In this document: piece by piece, positions 25,783-39,712 of the stretch
Numbering within the stretch: position 1 is the stretch's first letter
Layout of the letters: each line of letters opens with the position of its first letter
NCBI GenBank assembly: GCA_964016885.1
Contig: OZ024740.1
Coordinates: 334,552,001 to 334,616,000 of the forward strand
DNA length: 64,000 bases
From: Eledone cirrhosa
Lineage: Eukaryota
Direction: 5' to 3'
Translations under genes and position numbers: made by a program
Notes under the pieces: model-generated
Told to the model about the DNA's origin: nothing
The model's database searches: none
Seen by the model: the letters and a program-made list of their open reading frames with translations, nothing else

Positions 25783-26332
25783 GTAAAAAGGAAAAGAAAA
25801 TGCCGACAGATTTTTTCCAGTGAAAAATAGTTTAATTAGGAATAAGTATAAATTAGTAATAAGTAATGGTTAGTATTCACTGTTAATTTTAAGTTTGTTA
25901 CCGGTTGCGCATTTCAAATGCTTTTCAAAAATAATTTTGTGATAGAGCGTTCGTGATTTGGTTGTTGAATGTCACGTGAATAAGCACTATAATTTTGATT
26001 GGTCGGTAGAAGTCTCCTGAATGTTCAATAATAAAAGAGGTAAAATGACGTATAGTATTGTCATAACACCAAGGTGTGTGTGAGTGTGTCCAGATTGTAC
26101 GTACTGCAAGGGAATCGATTAGGCCCTGCCGTATGGGATACATGGGATAGAAATGTATGTAGGATGTATCTTTATGTAGGTATGTATGTGGACGTGTGTA
26201 TGTTGTGGGTTCGTCTTAGGGAAAAGTGTTTAGACAGGGTCCGTATTTGTTAATAAAGTGAGATTCCTTGCTGATATGGGTGGCATTTATCTTTAAATTT
26301 GTAGACTTTAAAGATTATAAAGTTGGGATGAT
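25783..26332 (-). mobile_element. PLE 3' end (GIY-YIG C-terminus plus 3' region)
   Basis: The minus strand reads SKESHFINKYGPCLN..*, matching the E..FI....P.LN motif. The terminal sequence is shared with about 45078-45125. Confidence 0.55.
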
Positions 26333-26367
26333 TATATATATATATATATATGAATATACAATGTTTA

Positions 26368-26588
26368 GTATATTTGGCAATATACTGTATGCTTAATTAA
26401 AAACATTTTGAAGACCTTGCGCTATTATTTTAAAGTAGTGGATATGGCACTTACTTCTTTTTTCAACAACCAAAGGGAGATAAGGTGACAGATCTGTTTC
26501 ACATTGTTGGTGATCATCAGAGCTTAGCACTCGCTGATGTATATTTGGCAATATGCTGTATGCTTAATTAAAAACATTTTGACGACCT
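26368..26588 (-). mobile_element. Small element (171-bp period) with 50-bp direct repeats and an HHR at 26482-26525
   Basis: tatatttggcaatat..aacattttgaMgacct occurs at 26369 and 26540. The minus strand reads AAGCT-CTGATGA-tcac..gt-GAAAC-AGATCT-GTC-ACCTT. Confidence 0.62.
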
Positions 26589-26647
<59 letters not shown>

Positions 26648-26814
26648 ATCGGAGAAAGCTAAAAGCGATACTCCGGCCAAATTCCAACTCACTCAACAAA
26701 CATTAGGAAATACCTGAGTATATTCCCAATTAATCGTTTGGGGTGCTAACTATATTGTATTGTGTGGATAATTGGCTGTATTATTTCATATGAGATATAT
26801 CAAATATATCATTT

Positions 26815-26937
26815 CCCAGACGACTCGTTTCATTATAAGATTTTTACAAGTTGGGTGAAAGTTTACCAAGTTATGTAGAAGCTTGTATAAGATCAACAGA
26901 TACTTATTCAAGTGGGCTCTTATAAATCTTCAATGGG
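26815..26937 (-). ncRNA. Hammerhead motif with extended stem II (C3 to U variant)
   Basis: CCCA-TTGAAGA-t-TTATAAG...CTTATAA-t-GAAAC-GAGTC-GTC-TGGG. Confidence 0.65.
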
Positions 26938-27511
26938 TACCCAATAACATTAATATTGATAACCAAATCAACATCAATATTTAGCGATAATGACCATCAG
27001 TGCTTGAGGGGACTGCTAGGTCTGTTAGACCAGCAGTTCTAAAGAAAATCTCACACTGTCCCGAAAATGGGAGGAAGGAGACTACCGCCAAAAATAATAC
27101 ATGCGCAGGTCGTTGAACTCTGACAAGAATTCAAGCCACGTGCTAAGAACTCAATTGGATATGAAAAAATAACCATATGTGCGCATCGCTTTATGACACA
27201 TATAGATATTTTCTCGGGCAAAATAACAGAATGAGATACAAGAACAAACAATCAATATTCATATAAACAATAATCAAAGAGAGTCATACCTTATAACGGT
27301 AAAGTTCATATTTGTTGCTCCAAGAGTAACTATATAAATACATAATCAGAGAAAGCTAAAAGCGATACTCCGGCCAAATTCCAACTCACTCAACAAACAT
27401 TAGGAAATACCTGAGTATATTCCCAATTAATCGTTTGGGGTGCTAACTATATTGTATTGTGTGGATAATTGGCTGTATTATTTCATATGAGATATATCAA
27501 ATATATCATTT

Positions 27512-27634
27512 CCCAGACGACTCGTTTCATTATAAGATTTCTACAAGTTGGGTGACATTTTACCAAGTTATGTAGAAGCTTGTATAAGATCAACAGATAC
27601 TTATTCAAGTGGGCACTTATAAATCTTCAGTGAG
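27512..27634 (-). ncRNA. Hammerhead motif with extended stem II
   Basis: CTCA-CTGAAGA-t-TTATAAG...CTTATAA-t-GAAAC-GAGTC-GTC-TGGG. Confidence 0.75.
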
Positions 27635-27858
27635 TACCCAATAACATTAATATTGATAACCAAATCAATATCAATATTTAGCGATAATCACTATCTGCGC
27701 TTGAGGGGACTGATAGTCCAGCAGTTCTAAAGAAAATCTCGCACTGTCACGAAAATGGGAAGAAGGAGGCTACCGCCAAAAACAATACGTGCGCAGGTCG
27801 TTGAACTCTGACAAAAATTATATATATACACACACACACACGCACGCACGCGCGCACG

Positions 27859-27889
<31 letters not shown>

Positions 27890-28149
27890 ACACACACACA
27901 CACACACATACACTCACACACACACACATATATATATATAGATATATAGATATATTTATATATAAAACAACTTAAACGCCGATAAACCCTCGATAACTTC
28001 ATCCATTACATTCTTCCATAGAATTTAAATTATTTACGCTAAAACATCAGTATCTCGTGGTTGAATTTGCTTATAACTTCAGTGAATACGACTCTGCTTG
28101 CACTCAGGACAGCCATATATTATATTAATATCAGAATAGGATTGCTGGT

Positions 28150-31100
28150 AATATCCGGCAGAATAAGTATTAAGAAATGTACCGTTCAATAATTCTGTTA
28201 ATTCTAACCTTCCATAACCTTAGAAAAAATTGTGTTTACCAACCATGCTGGTACGGACATACATCGGTCAGTAATTATATACTTTTTTTAACATGTATAT
28301 ATATAATGCAACTAAACTATCTCTCTCTAAGAGGGCATGAAACTCGTGTAGATAAAATAGATAATGTATTAACTGTTGAATATTGAAATATCAGTCTCTC
28401 GCTGACATTAGTAAACTCTTAACTACAAGCAATGCTGGATGAAAAACACATTGTTGAAGGGGCCGGTGCATTAGAGGTATTTTCCACTCTAGCCTCAACA
28501 TTTGGAATAAACATCTAGAGACTATGGCAGACGACTATAAACATGATCTTTTAAAAATGCCGAATAAGAAAGAAATCTCGTCACTCATCCCTGACATGTA
28601 TAATGTAATAATCAAACGAGATTTGAACATAGTTCCATTGCATATGTAACACTATTTCCCTTTATTTGCAATACTAATAATATCAGGAATCTATATGTAA
28701 GTTCACATTTTGTACGTTTATATGGTTTAAAGATGGACGCTTTATATATTCTGTTTATTGTGGGAACTTTTCTTATTATTCTGTATTTCATAGGTAAAAT
28801 ATCCAGGAGTGTTGCTACCCCCTGCGGAAATAATGCGGTCGTTGTTGTTCACATCTTTATTCACCCTGAAAATTACAGATATATATGTGTATGTGAATCT
28901 CATACATTGTACTTGATAAAGTCTCAAATTTACGGATTCCTGTGAGTTTAAATGAAAAATTGACCTCCACAGGATTTGAAATCAGAAAGTAAAGAGACTT
29001 TCTGAACACCTCAAGGAATTTTGGCTAACTTTATGTTAAGATTATGAATAAACAATTGAGTCAACATTGACGTCTATTGTGTTCCTGTCAGAATATAACT
29101 ATAATATATGTAAATGATTTCTTTCATATCATAGAGAAGTTTGTATTCGTTTCGAATGCAACAACCTTTATGACTGTAGTACACAATATAATGAATGATT
29201 TCGAAGTCCAATCTTCACGTTTGTATATTCAATATAAAATCTTTAACAGTTACATCTCCATTTATAACATCAAACGTTTCTAACTACATAATTCGATTGT
29301 CACTATAATCTGATGAAGTTTCTAAAGATTTCTCGAAAGAAAGTATCATTGATACTGTTCAGGATTCCCCATAAATTATATTTGATGAAATAAATGATCA
29401 TAAATCATATCGTGAATATTGATTTCATTCAAATATATGTTTTTATTATTTAGCTGTAGAAAGCAGAAGATTGCACAACAATACATTACGGGTCTAAAGT
29501 GGTTTATAGGTATTGAGAGTCCTTTATACGTTAAGTGGAATCCCAGAGAGTTCGACTTTATCTGTCATTCCTTGTGATGACAATTCGAACGAATTTCTGA
29601 GCTCATTAGATCTCCCCGTCCGAAAGGTTCTTACGAATGTGTATGTAATTTTAACACAAAAGATACATAACTGCACTCCCGTAAGTGCGAGTTATATTGC
29701 AATTTGCGGAATGACGCTAATAAGACAAAATATATCCTGTTTGCCATCGTATTAGTCAATGATCAGAATCACACCCCACTGCATTATTTTCTTTAAATAT
29801 TTAACTTCTCGCCCTTACCACACGTGTAACATTGTCATTAAAGCTGTTGTATCTTCTTCAAACTATAGATGTAATTTCTAGTGATGTTCCTACATGCCCA
29901 TCTCAATGTATGTGTTAGGCGTATATGATATGCTTCTATTTATATTTGAGATAAAGCTGAATCATAATTTAATATTGCATTTGTTTAACAATTTTCTATA
30001 TTAATGATATTTAGAGGTCCTAAACCATAAAACAAAACAAATGCTTTTGTTCCGTTTGGCAAGGTTTTTAGAGCAAACTTCAAAATTACTTACTGTATTT
30101 GCCTCAGCTCTTTTCAGTCTGAGTTCATATTCTACCCAAGTCAATAAATACCATACTACTGTAGTTTAGAAATTACATAGAAAATTGTTCTTGTGACATG
30201 CGGTGTGGTGTGACCGTATTTATGGAATGTGCTATTTACTGAATAACATGTTTTACAGTTTTCCCTAATTGAATGATTTTATGTTGTTCCTGATTAGACG
30301 TTCGATGATGTTATTTATTTCCGCTGTATTTGAGGTTATTTTCTTGAAGCTTAGACTGTCTCAGATATTATGAGAGCAATTATTTCCGGAATGTAATTGA
30401 ATTATATATTTTATGTTGCGTTATGAGATATAATTCTTGAAAGGGTTTGTTTAATGTTATGTTAATGAAAGTATATTCTGGGGTGTATATTTTGTTAGTC
30501 CCCGTTATTCTGAAAAGGTTGACTCATGTTCTTCCATTTGATTTTCTTTGAAGTTCTAAAATTGAGTGTGTTGGGGTGTTACATGCTGCATTGCGTCATT
30601 TTGCGAAGTATCTGTGAGAGAAATATTGAAAAAATTATAAATAGCAATGCAATGGCTGTGATATTTTGTTCAGTGTGCTACATGAGTGGAGGTCGAATTT
30701 TGCGTAGATGTTTATCAAGTGTATTTGGAATGGTATTATTTGTTCTACTTTTGTAATCTATACTATTCGAAATCCAGGTGTTGCTGACCCCAGTGACTTT
30801 CCGGCCAACATTGGTGTCTATATATATATATATTTATTTATATATCTCATAAAGGCTCTTGCTTTGACTTAAATTTTATCTATTTTTATTTGTATTGTAT
30901 CGATTGAAATAGTGAGTGTACTCAGTTGAAGTAATATGGTCAGATTCTGAAAACAGATTTTGACTAAAATTGGGGTTGATGAGTCTTCGTGTGAATTGTG
31001 TACTGCTCATTCTCAAACCCCTCAATTTCATAACTCTGCGGATTTAATAATATGATAATAGAACTATTTGCAAAGAAAATGTCAGAAGGGAAATTACACA

Positions 31101-31240
31101 TCTCCTTGGTGACACACGTTCTCTTAGTGGCTTTCTGGCATGTAATACAACAAGAATTATTAGAGGATGAGAAACGTTGTTGCTGTGCAATTTTCTTACC
31201 TGAAATAATGTACCTTTCTTTGAAGGTTATCAATGATAGT
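28150..31240 (-). pseudogene. Possible highly decayed LRR/Toll-like receptor gene
   Basis: Fragments LETSSDYSDNRIM (LRR-like, about 29285-29325), KIGLRNHSLYC (LRR-CT-like, about 29180-29215) and LFYLHEFHALLERDSLVAL (TIR-like, about 28300-28360) occur in collinear order, with many stops. Confidence 0.3.
30194..31232. repeat. Diverged duplication, paralogous to about 33320-34462
   Basis: Shared blocks include actgaataacatgttttacagttttccctaatt, ctatactattcgaaa and tgtcaga..aattacacat. Confidence 0.85.
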
Positions 31241-32065
31241 CAGTGACAGAAGGCTTTGAAAATTTAGTGTAATGTATAAAGCCACTATACCATTTGTATA
31301 GTTATTTGTCCTTCAGCTAGGAACGAACAGTTGTGTTAATAGTACAATAGAAAAAAGAAGCATTACATGTAATGTAGACAGAGATAATGTGGAAAAGCAG
31401 ACATGAAATATAATAGGAACACATTTATCAAGTAGTCTAGTGTTAATGATGTGTGTTGGAAATTTACTAATAAAACTCAAAATGTATGGTAAGTTTGTCA
31501 TCATATAAGATTAATTAGAAAAAGATTATTTTATTAAACTATGTGTAAATATGACTATAGAGTTGCCGCCATCAAGACCAATAACAATAGTTGTAAGGTC
31601 CAATATCAAAATATGTATTTTAGCACCAATTATAGCAGCAGTATCTAAGGTAGCCTTAATGGAATAGCTTTATATCTAGAGATCATCAACTTTAATATTT
31701 CAACATACGACAAATATAACTACTCAATTACAGCCAGTGATGCAAAGTACGTCATGAACGTCATGTATTTCATTTTCAGCTGGCATCTGCAGGATTTATG
31801 AGAAACGCAAAAGACTTGTACTAATCACTGTTAAATTCACGTTAATATTAACAGGGTCAAAGGAAGACAATAACATTCCTTCATAGTATTTATCTACAGC
31901 TTTCGATATAAGTAAGCAAGACAGTTGAATCACTTCGAACTATAAAAAGAAAGAAACCTTGGACACAGTATTCCTAAAGACGAAAATAGAAAAATGATAC
32001 TATTTACTGTAACTTTGATCATAGTTCCGACTCAACAGCAAGAAAAAATAAAGGTCAGTAATAAT

Positions 32066-32471
32066 TGTTTCTACTATTGGCACAAGGCCAGAAAATTACC
32101 CAGTACATTACTGGTACTTTATTTTATCGACCCCGTAAGGATGAAAGGCAAAGTTAACCTCGGCGGGATTTGAACTCAGAATGGCAAGGGCCGTAACTCT
32201 ATGCGTCAAAGCATGGCATCCGAACCTCTACCGATACTGCCAATCCACCAATGGTTTCTTATATAGGCACAAGGCCAGTAATTTGGGGAGGAGGGGAAAG
32301 TCGATTAAATCGACCCCAGTGCGTGACTGGTACTTTATTTTATCGACCCCATAAGGATGAAAGGCAAAGTTAACCTCGGCCGGATTTGAGCTCGGATCAT
32401 AAAGAGCCGTAACTCTATGCTGCAAAGCATGGCGTCCGATCCTCTACCGATACTGCCAATCCACCGCCCTC
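32066..32471 (-). mobile_element. Head-to-tail SINE dimer inside one TSD
   Basis: Two SINE monomers (about 32066-32249 and 32250-32471) lie between copies of the TSD aaaggtcagtaataat at 32050-32065 and 32472-32487. Confidence 0.87.
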
Positions 32472-32758
32472 AAAGGTCAGTAATAATGATATTGCGTACA
32501 ACTAAATTTGGTCGATTTAACGTGTACACAACTTCTCTTTCATTCTATCTTCAATGAAGAATTAACATCTGAAATATTAATAGATATATTTGTTTTATTC
32601 TATCAAGGGCTCTATTAATATATCTCATCCTTTTTTTGTACTGCCCTTCACTTATCATAATATCGAATAAAGGTTGTTACCGGGAAGCGAAAATGACGTT
32701 GAATTATAGACACACACACACACACACACATATGTATATATATATATATATTATTAAA

Positions 32759-32966
32759 GGCGATGTAAAAGCAATATCAGTAGAGTGTCGGGTAACATCC
32801 TTCGTGGCATAGAGTTACGACTCTTTATCTTCTGAGTTCAAATGCCACCGAGGTTAGCTTTACCTTTCATCATTACGGTGTTGATAAAATAAACCATTAA
32901 TTCACTGGGGTCAATTTAATCGACTTTCCCTTCCCCCTTGTGTATTCTGCCTATAGTAGAAACCAT
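32759..32966 (+). mobile_element. Older diverged SINE copy
   Basis: atagagttacg..ctgagttcaaat..ctttcatc..gataaaataaa..gtagaaacc. Confidence 0.75.
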
Positions 32967-33319
32967 TATTATAATCATCATTATATACTTTGCATATGGG
33001 GGACATTTAGGTCTTTTACGATTTTATTACGATAAATCTACCTTCTTGATAAGTGTAGTGATTCATCGAACCCTAAGATATTGTTGATTTAAGTTCATAC
33101 TTTTGTTTTCGGGTCTTAGTTATTTTGTTTGTAATATTCCCCTATTGATTTTTCGGATTATGAGCAAGGGAAAAGTGAAAATCATGGCCAATAAATGAGG
33201 TCTTTATATTTTCTGTGTGTTCTTTCATTCTTTGTTTTGGAGGCTGATTTACTGTAGAAATTTGATAAGCCAGCTACCTTAGTGCTGTAGTGTAGGCACG
33301 TCATTGAAACTTGGTTTTG

Positions 33320-34462
33320 CGACATGGGGTATGATGTGACAGTATTTAAGGATTGTGCTACTTACTGAATAACATGTTTTACAGTTTTCCCTAATTTAAT
33401 GATTTTATGTTATTCCTGATTAGATGTTCGATGAAGTGTTTTATATCCGCGGTATGTGGTGTTATTTTCTTGAAGCTTGGACTGACTCAGATTTTGTGAG
33501 AGCAATTACTTCCGGAATGTAATTTGATTATATATTTTATGTTGCCTTATGAGATCTAATTCTTGAAACGGTTTGTTTAATGTTATTTTAATGAAAGTAT
33601 ATTCTGGAGTGTATAGTTTGTTAGTCCCTCTTATTCTGAAATGGTTGACTCAAGTTCTTCCATTTGATTTTCTTTGAACTTCTAAAAGTGATCGTGTTGA
33701 GGTGATACATGCTGCATTGCGTCAGTTTGCGAAATATCTGTGATAAATATTTTGAAAAAATTATGAATAGCAATGGCTGTGATATTTGGTTTGGTGTGCT
33801 ACATTCGAGTGGGTGGAATTTCGCGTAGAAGTTTATCAAGTGTATTTGTTATGTTTATTATTTGTTCCTCTCTTTTATCCTATACTATTCGAAAGCCAAA
33901 TGGTGATTAGTCCAATGACCTTTCCGGCCAATGCTGGTCTTGTATGAGTGTCAATATATATATATATATATATATCTTATTAGAGGTCTTGTTCTGAGAT
34001 CAATTCTATCTATTTTGATTTGTATTATATCCATTGAAATAGTGAGTGTGCTTGTTAAAGAAATAAAGGCATATTTCTGAGCCTTTGATACGTAAATGAT
34101 TTGTGGGTATACACACTTTTTGCTCCATAAAAATATTTTCAAACCATCGATTTTGTAAGTTTGCTTGAATAATTAGTGAAGGTGAGATTCCGTGTTAATT
34201 CTGTACAGCTCGTTCTAAAAACCTGCAATGCATTGAATTTCTTCCCTATATGGAGATAAAATCTGATATTTTATTGTATAGAAATATTTGCGAAAATATG
34301 TCAGAGGTGTAATTACACATTCCCACATAGTTACCCTAGATGAGACACGTTCTATTAATGGATATTGTGCATATTATACGACAATAATTATTAGGGTTTC
34401 TGAAACCTTGGCGTTGTGCTATTTTCTTAACTAAAATAGTTTACCTTCCTTTGGAAGTGATA
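33320..34462. repeat. Paralog of 30194-31232
   Basis: Collinear similarity over about 1.1 kb. Confidence 0.85.
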
Positions 34463-35999
34463 ATAAAGTAAATAAGAAATGTGATATTTTGTCATTTATC
34501 AAGGATTCAAGAATTAAGAAGTGTATTTGTAAAGTTACTGATAATATACGAAATGTATGGTAACTATACTAAATATTTTTGGTATTGATTTCAGTTTTAG
34601 CATTTGTATGACTCGTCTGTAATGCAATTTTATATTAACTCGCTCCATCATGTTAGGTCCTGGCAGTATGTGAGTTTCACATAAGAATTAGAATGGTGGA
34701 TTATGTTTAAGATTTCTACTTTTAGCATGAGAATTTAATTTAATATTTTCAGTGGTACATATTCATTCGGATCCTTTGCAAATTTATTATTCATGTTATG
34801 CTGATGTTGCGGTTGTAGTGGAATTAGTGTGTAGTAAAACAACAAGCTACTTTCCTTTCGTCCTTTTAAGGCTTCACCTTACTTCTCGCGAGGATGGTAA
34901 GTTGGTGGGTTTAGTCTGCTGCCATATTCTACGATAGCATTTGATTATTTCATAGCTTAATCATTAGTCCCTTAATCAATACCCCAGTTCTCTCAGCGAT
35001 TATATTTTAGATGATTATTGGATCAACTGCATCAGTTGGGTAAGTTAACAAAGAATATAGTCATAGCTCCTCCTGTCCCACAAACAAGTTCACTTGTACT
35101 TTCACCTCCATGGAGACATGTCATAACAAAATTTTAATAGACTACGTCTAATTACGTTATGTATAAGACATTTAGCAACACCGACTATTAAGTGGTCACT
35201 TGAGCATCGAGAAACAGCTGATAATTCATGTTCCATTTTAGTACACATCATAGCCTTAAAAGTTAATGGACACTTCAACGTATGCAATGTTTCATAAACG
35301 TTTACTATTGCTAAACAAGACTAATCGTGACACCGAATACCAGATACCTAGATTTACTCTTACCAAGCTACACATTCGCGGGTATTATATGTCGTTACAC
35401 GTAATTCTAAGGTCATTTTCTCTTGTTTCGTATGACGTACCTTTTAAATGCAATTTCGCCACTTAATGTAAAAACGTAAAAGAGCTATATATGAAGGAGT
35501 ATTTGAATTCATGAACAATAACTGCATCACGATGAATAATAGATCCGCGATTTATATCCCTTATAAACTTTACATTATACTGAATATGAAATGAGAAATC
35601 ACATTAAATTCCACTCGTTGTTAACCGGTGCTTAACTCAATTCATCTGCAGCAATAAACAAATAATTAAAGAAAGTATGTAGTGTGTATTCATTTCAACC
35701 ACATCGGTTTGAACCTAGGACATATGAAACTAATATTATTATCGTCTGTACTAATGCTTAAAACACTTAAGTACCATAAAAATATCGGCACTGTATACTT
35801 ATTACCTATTAATTGTTCAAATATCGAAGTGTTTTCAGCTACACATATTAAATATGTCTGAGCAAATACCACTGGTTTTAATTTACAGAAGAAGGGAGGT
35901 TATTATGTCTGATATATACTGGAAACTCAACATTTGAAAAGAATTGTGAAAATTGTAAAACATTTTGTAGTTTGCGATTTCATTTAAAAATCTGCGCTA

Positions 36000-37950
36000 A
36001 TATTCTCAGAGAAAATATTTAATGTACTGTTTTTCTGTTAAAATGATTATCAATTGGGCGATATTAAATTTCTTTGAACAATTTAATTTCCGTATCACTA
36101 TCTGCATATCGATAATTTTGAGTGGTTCTACGATTGTTCTCATAATTCAGTGAATATAACTCAATAAATGCCGATGAATTTTCGACGTGTGCACCTGAGA
36201 AATTTCCCTAAATTTAATTATTAAAAAAAGAAAAGAATTCCATATTATAATATTTAATTTACTTACAATCAACCTACTACTAAAGAAATAAATATATGCC
36301 GGAAGCCTTCTTCTATCAATCTTGTTTAACATTCAATATAAAGAATAGGGATTCACTTTCTTCATATTTTCTGTCACTAGAAATAGTTTTGATTGCCTTC
36401 TGGAAATATTAATAATAATTTTTAATAGGAAATTATTCCGAAGACATGCTGCGCTTCCTCATATTCCAAACGGGTGAAATTGGTTCCTGATCAAAGTCTT
36501 TGATATGCAAACATGGAATGTTTGCAATTGAAAATTTTAACAATGATAATATTATCTTATTTATTTGTGTAAAATATAAAAGCTTCATAAGAAAATTGTG
36601 AAAATTGTTTAATGCTGAGGGCTTTTGGAAAAGAGATATTCCTCTAGAAATTTGTTTGAATGTTCCTAGCCAACTACACCAAATTGCTTTCGAGAACATA
36701 ATGCAATGGACCGTGCCTCCTCTTTTGTATCGAACACCACAAGATGCCTTGTAGCCGCAAAACTCTATAACGTCTAACAACATAATTCCCCTTCAATAAA
36801 GACCTTATTAATTTAATTTATTAATGTCATTTTAATATTGCACGCAAGCATTTTATCAAATATTCTAACTGTTTAATCTCCCAGTAACTTTGTTGTACAT
36901 GTCTCATCTGTATTCCCACCTCACATAACGTATGAATATAGAAAATTACTTTTCGTATAATAGGCAAATGCTCCAAGTTATATACAAATCACATTCCAAA
37001 GAAACACCTAACGTTATGATTTAATAATCCATCGAGCGCTCTACTCTCATCATCTTTGTATTAACCGTAGGTATTTGAAAATGCTCAACAACCTTACAAT
37101 TGTACGAAACACTGCTCACTGGAAAGCCGCAAACATTTTAGAAGGCACTCCAAAAGTAACCAGAAATTGTTTTATTTAATTCACAAATTCATTCAAACAA
37201 TAGCACAGATATGTCATATGTCTTTGTTCCAAATTAGCATTCACATGTGCTACAAGCATTATAGAGTAATTTGACCCTGAAAAATGTTCTATTTCTCACC
37301 TTATGCAAAGATCTATAAAAACTCCATGTATCGTCATTTATCTACACATTCTATCTGTCCGAATATGTTGCCTTCATTTAATAATCTTCATTTCGTCTTG
37401 TATTCAACAAATTAACTCCAGACACCATAGTAAATATTATCAAAAGCATTCTTTATCACCCCTACTTTCTTTTGAAATACCTCTCTGCGAACATGCCACC
37501 AGTCATACCAGGGTAAAGATTGAAATTATTACATGCTCTGCGTGGCTGAATATGCGTTGTGGAAATAAAGAGGTTTTCATATTATTCGAAATTTTGCTAT
37601 TTTGATAAACGATGATGATTATATATGTTATATGTTACTTATTCCAGGATACACCTGATAAAATATTTTTCAATAACAACGTTCATGGTTTGGTGACCGG
37701 TGGAAGGGATATCAGAATTTATCATCAGAAGGAATAATTCTGATAATCTTGAAACATAATGTATTCCGCCCAAAGCCAAAGAATCAAGTAATTGTGTTAA
37801 ACTGGGTGATGGGATATCTCTACTATTTAATAGAAGTAACGATCCAGCTGAATGGTTTCATTATTTTCACTGTCTTTGCTCAATATGTGGGTTTAGTAGA
37901 ACCAATATCCCAGCGTACGACGCATCAAACCTGAAATATGATAGAAGCAC
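36000..37950 (-). pseudogene. Possible decayed TIR-domain (TLR-like) gene
   Basis: FSYEAFIFYT (TIR box-1-like, about 36567-36596) is followed after a frameshift by PCLHIKDFD (box-2-like). Upstream LKCLRLSS and SLECD are LRR-like and LRR-CT-like. Boundaries are approximate. Confidence 0.33.
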
Positions 37951-38810
37951 AACAATATTCTCAAATATAAAATTGTAGTTGCCCTTTTTGTTTATTAGAA
38001 TTTACAAATACAGAAAGATGATTGTGATTTTCCTACATTACTGTTCTATCGAAACTCACAGCTAACTATACAATTTGTTAATAATATGATATATTGATTT
38101 ACATATTTAGTACAAGCCACAATTATGTAGAATGCGGAATATGATTGTATTGATTACATTACTTGAATAGTATTTATTTTATCAATCTCCGACACAATAA
38201 AAGGCAAGTCAATCGCGGTGGGATTTGAACTCACAACGTAAAAAGATTAAAGTAGATACACCATGCAATTTTGGCACTGATTCTGACAATCTCTCATCCT
38301 TTTTGGGACATATTGAATTATAGTGAAACTCACTGAACTCAATCAGTAGAAAATAAGATGATTATAATTACGGCGCGTTATCTATTAAGATTAGTTATTT
38401 CCATAAGGTGTTCATGGTGCAGCCATCATTAGATATAAATGGTGATGGTTTTTGCTAGGTCTATTCCCAACCCATGAATAATTTAGAATACAAAGGGAGA
38501 TTTAGTGAAACAGTAGAATGCGAGGAATATTATTATTGATTTGCCTTGTCAAATGATAGTAAGTATACGCCCGCAAGAAAGAGCATAATACTTCAGTATC
38601 GGGTAGAACTCTCTACTAATTGTCCAATGAAAACAAATATCTCGGTGTTAATACAAGCTTTTAAAACTAAATATCCAATTTATGTAAAAACAAAGTGTGC
38701 ACAAAAAGGTACTTCATATAGTAATAGCCTATTACGCACCATCTGTCATTGATTATATATATATATATATATATTTATTAAAATAACAGATTATATATAT
38801 ATATGTGTGT

Positions 38811-38918
<108 letters not shown>

Positions 38919-39641
38919 GTGTGCGTGTGTGTGAGGTGTGTATATGCAAAACGTAAAGGAGGACAGCACAATGAAGAAATATAATAGGTTAACGCTTGAT
39001 ATAGTAGGAAAAGTGTTTTTGAGTTCCAGACACGAGGCCTTCAGCAGCAGTTAGAAAGAGAAATAAAAGGTGAAATAGAAAGATAGAGTCATAAGAGGAA
39101 GGAACGGGATAATTTTGTATTTAGAAAAGGCACATGTGTATTCAAGGTAGACATAATGATAGATAGATACCGAAGGAGTGAGATGGAAAGAGTGATAGAA
39201 AGAGAGAGGGGGCGAAGACTTCGAATTTGAAGGACCGTTAAATTGTCCGATAATTATACTATGGGTAATTATTTCCGACTCTGAGTACAAAAGTCTCCAT
39301 GATCAACTTTGCTTTACATCATTTCGGGGTGGATAAGTAAATTGCAGTCGGGTCGGTTCGTTTTCTTTCTATTTTTCGTTTCATCCCTGTCCTCTCTCTC
39401 TCTTACGCCAAACATTACGCCCCTTGTTCTCTTCCTCTTACACACAACCTCTATCTTTCCCTCCCCCTCTCGCTCTCTCTCTATCTCTCAATCTCGCTTT
39501 TTCTCTCTCCCTCTATGGACGAGATTGGATGTATGCAAACCTGGAAAAAGATGAACCCCGAATGGTATAAAATTACCAACAGACGGCGTATATGAAGATG
39601 GTGATCCTAGGATTCCAGTAGAAATTACGGGTCCATACATG

Positions 39642-39712
<71 letters not shown>

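Larger units (their letters stand above)
26642..27813 (-). mobile_element. Non-coding tandem (697-bp unit, about 1.7 copies) with one HHR per unit
   Basis: 26642-27125 is repeated from 27339. The tandem is bounded by microsatellites. Confidence 0.8.

Noticed and set aside
29305-29350. CTGATGA...CGAAAG
   Set aside because: Stems I and III do not pair convincingly.
39585-39630. ATGAAGA-hairpin-GAAA
   Set aside because: The core is incomplete and stem III is absent, so it is at best a relic.
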